From Octopus sinensis (Eukaryota): a stretch of DNA of 39,538 bases. Numbering within the stretch: the stretch's first letter is position 1; the number at the start of each line of letters is the position of its first letter. Of the stretch, positions 34,416-39,538 are shown piece by piece. The notes beneath the pieces were generated by a model. That model was not told the DNA's origin, did no database searches, and saw only the letters and a list, made by a program, of their open reading frames with translations. The DNA is taken from assembly GCF_006345805.1 (NCBI RefSeq), contig NW_021835508.1:1-39538 (forward strand), written 5' to 3'. The translations under genes were made by a program, and so were the position numbers.

Positions 34416-34453
34416 TCTTTAACGTTTCGAGCCTACGCTCTTCAACAGAAAGA
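34416..34453 (-). ncRNA. Candidate minimal hammerhead ribozyme, variant core CUGUUGA plus extra A (proximal copy)
   Basis: UCUUU CUGUUGA A GAGC GUAG GCUC GAAA CGU U AAAGA. Confidence 0.65.
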
Positions 34454-34624
34454 TACACAGAGAGAAAAAAAACACAGAAAGAAGGAAGAAAAAAATGCGT
34501 GCAGTAACTAACGAATCAACATGGCGATCTGATTTCGGCAGAGGTCAAAGATCAAACATGAGACGCGAGAGCGAAATAAGGGGAGATAATAGGGTTGATA
34601 ATAGGGTTGAATGACCCTAGGATA

Positions 34625-34840
34625 GGTCTGGACAGGCGTATGTAGGGTTGGTGTATGTTTAGTATGTATTAGTATGTATTAGTACGTATTAGTATGTATA
34701 AGTGTGTGTGTGTGTGTATGAGAGAGTATAAGTGCGTATGAGGGGTCTGGACGTGTGTATGTATAGGGTTGGTGTATGTATTAGTATGCATTAGTATGTA
34801 TTAGTACGTATTAGTATGTATTAGTTGGTGTATGTATTAG
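34625..34840. repeat. Minisatellite (ATTAGTATGT-like 10-mers) within a duplicated block of about 120 bp, inside the PLE 3' region
   Basis: Two blocks begin GGTCTGGAC at about 34624 and 34744. Confidence 0.8.
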
Positions 34841-36370
34841 TATGGCACATCATATATGATGTGATGTGTAAAGTCGTGTGGTGTAGTGAGGAGAAGAGGG
34901 GGAGGGGAAAGAGGGGGAGAGAAGGAGGGGAAGAAGAGGGGGAGAGGGGGAAGCTGAAGGAGGGGGGAGAGAAGGGGAGTGAGGGAGCAGAGGGAAGAGG
35001 AAGGAGGAGAGGGGGAAAGTGAGGGAAGGAGGGAGGGAGAAAGAGGGAAGGAGGGAGGGAGAAAGAGGGAAGGGAGGAGGAGGGAGAAAAAGAAGAGGGA
35101 AGGAAGGGAGAGGGTGATTAGGGGTGAAAGGATGAAGGACTGAAGAAGTAGGGGTCGGGGGAAGGATAGGTGAGGAGGGGGGAGGAGGGGGGGGAGGGGG
35201 GTTAGATGAGGAGGGGGGGGGAGAGTTGAGACCAATGGCGTATAAGAGCGAAGAGAGAAGATTAATTCCTGTTCACGGCGCAAACGGGAATCCGGATGGC
35301 CTCTGTGTAAGGACAAACCGAACACAGATAGGTGTTGCAAGGAGTGGCCGGTGGAGCGGAATGGCGTGAGACCGGTGTGTCGTTCGCAAGTGGATGTCAC
35401 GAAGGTGTTCCGCGAACCGGTCAGCCAAGCGGCGTCCCGTTTGTCCGATGTACAAGGAATTGCAGAGAGAGCAAGAGACGCAATAGATAATATTGCTGGA
35501 GGTGCAGGTGAAGGAGTGGATGATGGGATAAGGTCGATGGTGGGTGCTAGTGAGGCGGGTGGTGTTGGAGAGGTGAGGGCAAGTGCGCAACGTGGGCGGG
35601 AGCAGGGGACGAGCCGGGTTGGGAGGTAGGGTCAGGGAAGGAGCTATGGACCAAAAGGTCTCGAAGGTTGTGGGCTCGTTTGAAAGAGGTGGTGAAGTGG
35701 ACGGGTCGGACTGGAGATGACGGAAAGCTCGAAGAATGGTGCGTTGGAGACGTAGGGTCGTGGGGGTTGTAAGTGAGGGGAAAAGGGGGGCGGAGACTAC
35801 AGGGCGGGTTTCGGGGAGAGAGCAGATACACGGTCCACGGACCGTGCTCTGGCAAGGGCGGTGTGGATAGTGGTGAGGGGGTATCCACGTAGGGTGAAGT
35901 GGTGAGCCATACGTTGAGACTGAGTCTCAAAGTCATGGTCGTCACTACGGAGCCTACGTAGACGGAGGAATTGGGAATAGGGGATGGAAAGCTTGGTGTG
36001 TTCTGGAGTGTTCAGGAGTGGGACCAGTGAAATTAGAGAATATTTGGGCCTCAACATAGCCAACGAACAGGTTCGCATAGTTGGGGCTCATTCGCGTTCC
36101 CATGGCCACTCCCGAGATCTGATGGTAGAACTCGCCCGCGAACGAGAAGCAGTTCAGAGTAAGGACAAGTTCGGCCAGACGAATGAGTGTGGAGGTGTCA
36201 GGTACAGGGTTAGAGCGGAGGTCAAGAAAGTGTCGAAGGGCCTGCAGTCCTTCGTGGTGAGGGATAACAGTATAGAGGCTTTGGATGTCCATAGTAAAAA
36301 GGATTTTGGAGGAGCCGGGAGGAAAGGAGAAAGAGTTGAAAAGCCGGAGAGCATGGTTGGTATCGTGGAT

Positions 36371-36604
36371 AGGCGCGTGGTTTAGTGGTTAGGGTTTTCG
36401 GTTCGTAATCGCAGGGTCCAGTCTATTCAGCTGGCAAAAATGAGCCGTACCTGTTTGTCACGCTGAATTTCCCAGAGAAATATGTAAAAAGGGGTACGCG
36501 TATCGGTGGAGTGCTCAGCCACCTGCAAGCTAATCTCTCGAGCAAGCTGCTCCACTGATCGTATCAGCTAGGACCCTCGTCGTCGTAACCGACGGTGTGC
36601 TTCC
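36371..36604 (+). mobile_element. Family C-related SINE, internally deleted, abutting the PLE 5' break
   Basis: GTGGTTTAGTGGTTAGGG head; 3' domain GGACCCTCGTCGTCGTAACCGACGGTGTGCTTCC. Confidence 0.75.
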
Positions 36605-36617
36605 TATATATACATAC

Positions 36618-37171
36618 ATGGTGGCTGCCCCCTCGTTATCGAGTATGGCCATTGCACGAAGCTTAATCAATGTTGTTATCGTGCAATGCCTGTGCAAGAA
36701 GATATTTTTTAAGTGAGGAAAGGCTGTGCACTGAGTCAATCCCACTCACTAAGCAACAACAGCCATAATCCGAAAAGAAGAACAAGTCAACATCATCGGT
36801 AACCACTGAGCCGCAGGTTTTATGTCGGAGTTATCCCAGTTACCTGAGTTGCCTTCTCCTAGAAGGATGCCCTGACAAAGGCTAGGAGTCCTTCACCCCC
36901 AATGGTTTAACTGCGCGATCGGGTAGTCAATCCGATTATTTCTATGTCCCCGCGCATGGTACAGCTTTAAGACATTTATTGGATGGCCGTTGACACTCAA
37001 GAGTTCCTCCGCCCTTTGACAGGTTTTGTTTTTCATCCCGCAGGGTGTCCAATAAACACCCTCCTCACCAAGCGAGCTTGGTAGGGTTGCCGGCTTAGTC
37101 GCCGACGACCCGACCATGCAACAGGTAGTACTGGGTTACATGTTACCAGTAGCACTCGAAAGTGACCTGAC
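36618..37171 (-). mobile_element. GC-balanced non-coding element, possibly the 5' region of an RTE-type retrotransposon
   Basis: Bounded by microsatellites. The motif CTAGGAGAAGGCAACTC resembles RTE 5' UTRs from memory. Only one copy in this window. Confidence 0.4.
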
Positions 37172-37633
37172 ATAAATATACATACATAAATATATACATA
37201 AAATATACATACATACATACATACATAATGCATGCATCATATGTGGTGGTATATATATATTATATATATATATTATATATATATATATATATTATTATAT
37301 ATATATATATATATATATTGCACACATACTTCATAGATTAAGATGCCTGAAGACCCTATACACCTACTGGTGAAACTCTGAATAGCAAAAAAGACAAACT
37401 CCACCAAAATGTAAAGATACACAAACACACATACATACGCTCATTCATGTAAAAGTAACATGGATACCCTTTGCAAATCTATGCACACATACAGCTATAT
37501 TGATGATCGCAAGCTTATTTACATATTCAGAAACCCCTAGAGCTGTTTAGACTTAGGCAAAATAGCCAGGCCATATTGTCAGGTACCGGTTTAAATTCTG
37601 TATAAGGTAAAAGACTTAGATGAATCATGTATA

Positions 37634-37820
37634 TTTAAAAACAAGGTGTTACAGCCTCTTTACTTGGGTGATTTTTTTTGCTACCCTGGTAACTATTTCT
37701 TTATTTTTCCGTGTTAATTGTTAACAAGGCAAAAATACACTCATCTCTCTCTCTCTATATATCTATATATATATATATAAAATCACCCAAGTAAAGAGGC
37801 TGTAACTCCTTGTTTTTAAA
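37634..37820. repeat. 42-bp inverted repeat (41/42 identity) around a spacer of about 103 bp
   Basis: 37634-37675 TTTAAAAACAAGGTGTTACAGCCTCTTTACTTGGGTGATTTT versus the reverse complement of 37779-37820. Confidence 0.9.
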
Positions 37821-37929
37821 GGTAGAAACTTCGTGTTTACGTGGAATTTTTTGTATAATATCAGTGAAATCTTCGAAACATGTGTCGAAAGTAAAAGTAT
37901 TTGATTTTTACCTGCGTTAAACTCCATTC

Positions 37930-38015
37930 ATATATATATATATATATATTATATATTATATATATATATATATATCTAAATATAATATATTGTTGTGTGT
38001 GTGTGTGTTTGTGTG

Positions 38016-38065
<50 letters not shown>

Positions 38066-38139
38066 ATATATATATATTGTGTATATATATATATATATGT
38101 ATGTATATTATATATATGTATGGTATGTATATATATATG

Positions 38140-38189
<50 letters not shown>

Positions 38190-38217
38190 GTATGTATATA
38201 TATATATGTATATATAT
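37930..38217. repeat. (TA)n/(TG)n compound microsatellite
   Basis: Directly visible. Confidence 0.95.
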
Positions 38218-39308
38218 GCAAAGATCACCAGCGGTGTTCCCCAGGGGTCTGTCTTGGGTGCGCTAACTCTTCATAATTTACATAAACGACGACCTTTCCA
38301 GTGTCGTACATTACTGCAAAGTGAAAAATTTGCTGATAACACTAAGCTCCAGCAAATCGTCAATTAAAGCAGACCGAACTCAACTCCAGTCTGATCTATA
38401 TGCTGTGAGTCAATGGGCAGACAGAAACAAAATGCAACTGAATGAGGGAAAATTTGAGCTGATGCATTTTGGAAGAAATTCCTCACTAAAACAGCGATAC
38501 TCTCTTCCTTCAGGGGAACCGCTCACAGCCTCTAGCAATATCAGAGACCTGGGTGTAATTGTTGATGACGATCTCAGTTGGAGTGCACACATCAACAAGA
38601 AGGTCGATATAGCTCTTAGGATGAGTTCCTGGATCTTAAGAACTTTCGGTCCAGAGAACAAGGTGTCATCATACCACTTTTCTCCTACTTTGTACGGCCA
38701 CATCTTGAATATTGCTGCCCACTGTGGTCTCCCCATACAAGACAAACATCTCCAGGATTGAGTCACCCCAGAGGGCACTCACTAAAAATAATTGAAGGCA
38801 TGGCTGCTCTCGGTTATTGGGATCGCCTTAAAGCCTTGAAACTTTACTCTCCTCCAGCGCGCCGTGGAGCAGTACACATCATTTGTACGATGTGGAGAAT
38901 ATAACGGCCAACTTTGCCCAAACGACCTTGACATTAGCTTCAAGGTTCATCCAAGGTGGGACCATGGGCCATACGTCCCCCTGCCCAATTCAAGATCACA
39001 ACATACATGTACTGCAACATAATTTCTTTTCATCACAGGCCCTGTCCTATTTAACATTGTCCCGAGGAGATCAAAGAGGAAAAGATCCCATCAACTTTAA
39101 AACGGAGTCTGGATAGATTCCTTCAAAGAATACCAGATAAGCCACCCATAATTGGATACAACTCACCCAACAAGAACTCACTCTGAATGGACCATAAACA
39201 AAACTTGACTTACCACAGGGTTCGAATAATCCTAACAGGTGGTGCTATTAAGTTAGACATGGCCTGGACCAATCTTTGGTCGAAACCATATCTAAGTTTC
39301 TCTAAGTT
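38218..39308 (+). mobile_element. 5'-truncated CR1-group LINE (second subfamily), decayed
   Basis: [74 protein letters not shown] and YWDRLKALKLYS; the 3' end is TCTAAGTTTCTCTAAGTTT. Confidence 0.9.
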
Positions 39309-39309
39309 T

Positions 39310-39377
39310 ATGTATATTATACATATGTATGTATATATATATGTATATACATATGCATGTATATATATATATATATG

Positions 39378-39453
<76 letters not shown>

Positions 39454-39476
39454 CATATATATATTATATATATATG

Positions 39477-39538
<62 letters not shown>
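39310..39538. repeat. (TA)n-rich microsatellite running to the window end
   Basis: Directly visible. Confidence 0.95.

Larger units (their letters stand above)
34016..36370 (-). mobile_element. Penelope-like element (Neptune-like RT and GIY-YIG), 5'-truncated and internally deleted, with a duplicated 3' pLTR
   Basis: MDIQSLYTVIPH, GVAMGTRMSPNYANLFVG, SIPYSQFLRLRR, FTCTSSNIIYCVSCSLCNSLYIGQTGRRLADRFAEHLRDI and RLRREQELIF. The pLTR block is repeated at about 34016-34200 and 34313-34500. Confidence 0.92.

Noticed and set aside
35351-36385. Plus-strand ORFs of 92 and 133 aa
   Set aside because: They are antisense shadows of the GC-rich PLE coding region.

Overview
This is AT-rich, repeat-saturated eukaryotic DNA with no intact protein-coding gene, no rRNA or true tRNA gene and no CRISPR array. 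The SINE families and dense (TA)n/(CA)n/(GATA)n/(AAT)n microsatellites look cephalopod, most likely Octopus; this rests on recalled family sequences, not a database search. The window is a mosaic of decayed mobile elements: two 5'-truncated CR1-group LINEs, several RTE fragments, three Penelope-like elements (PLEs), and a nearly full-length R4/Dong-type REL LINE with a 5' inversion inside an (AAT)n-bounded array of related pieces. It also holds at least four tRNA-derived SINE families, two non-autonomous Helitrons, two copies of a GG-ended MITE with 8-bp TSDs, and a hAT deletion derivative. The most notable signals are at the RNA level: (1) four minimal type-I hammerhead ribozyme motifs from three unrelated families, including a tandem pair with a variant CUGUUGA core and one in the loop of a long foldback; (2) a 3' stem-loop shared, with compensatory changes, by two CR1 LINEs and the dominant SINE; (3) a twin-priming-like inversion in a REL-type LINE. 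All structures were read by eye, none were computed, and boundaries of decayed elements are approximate.
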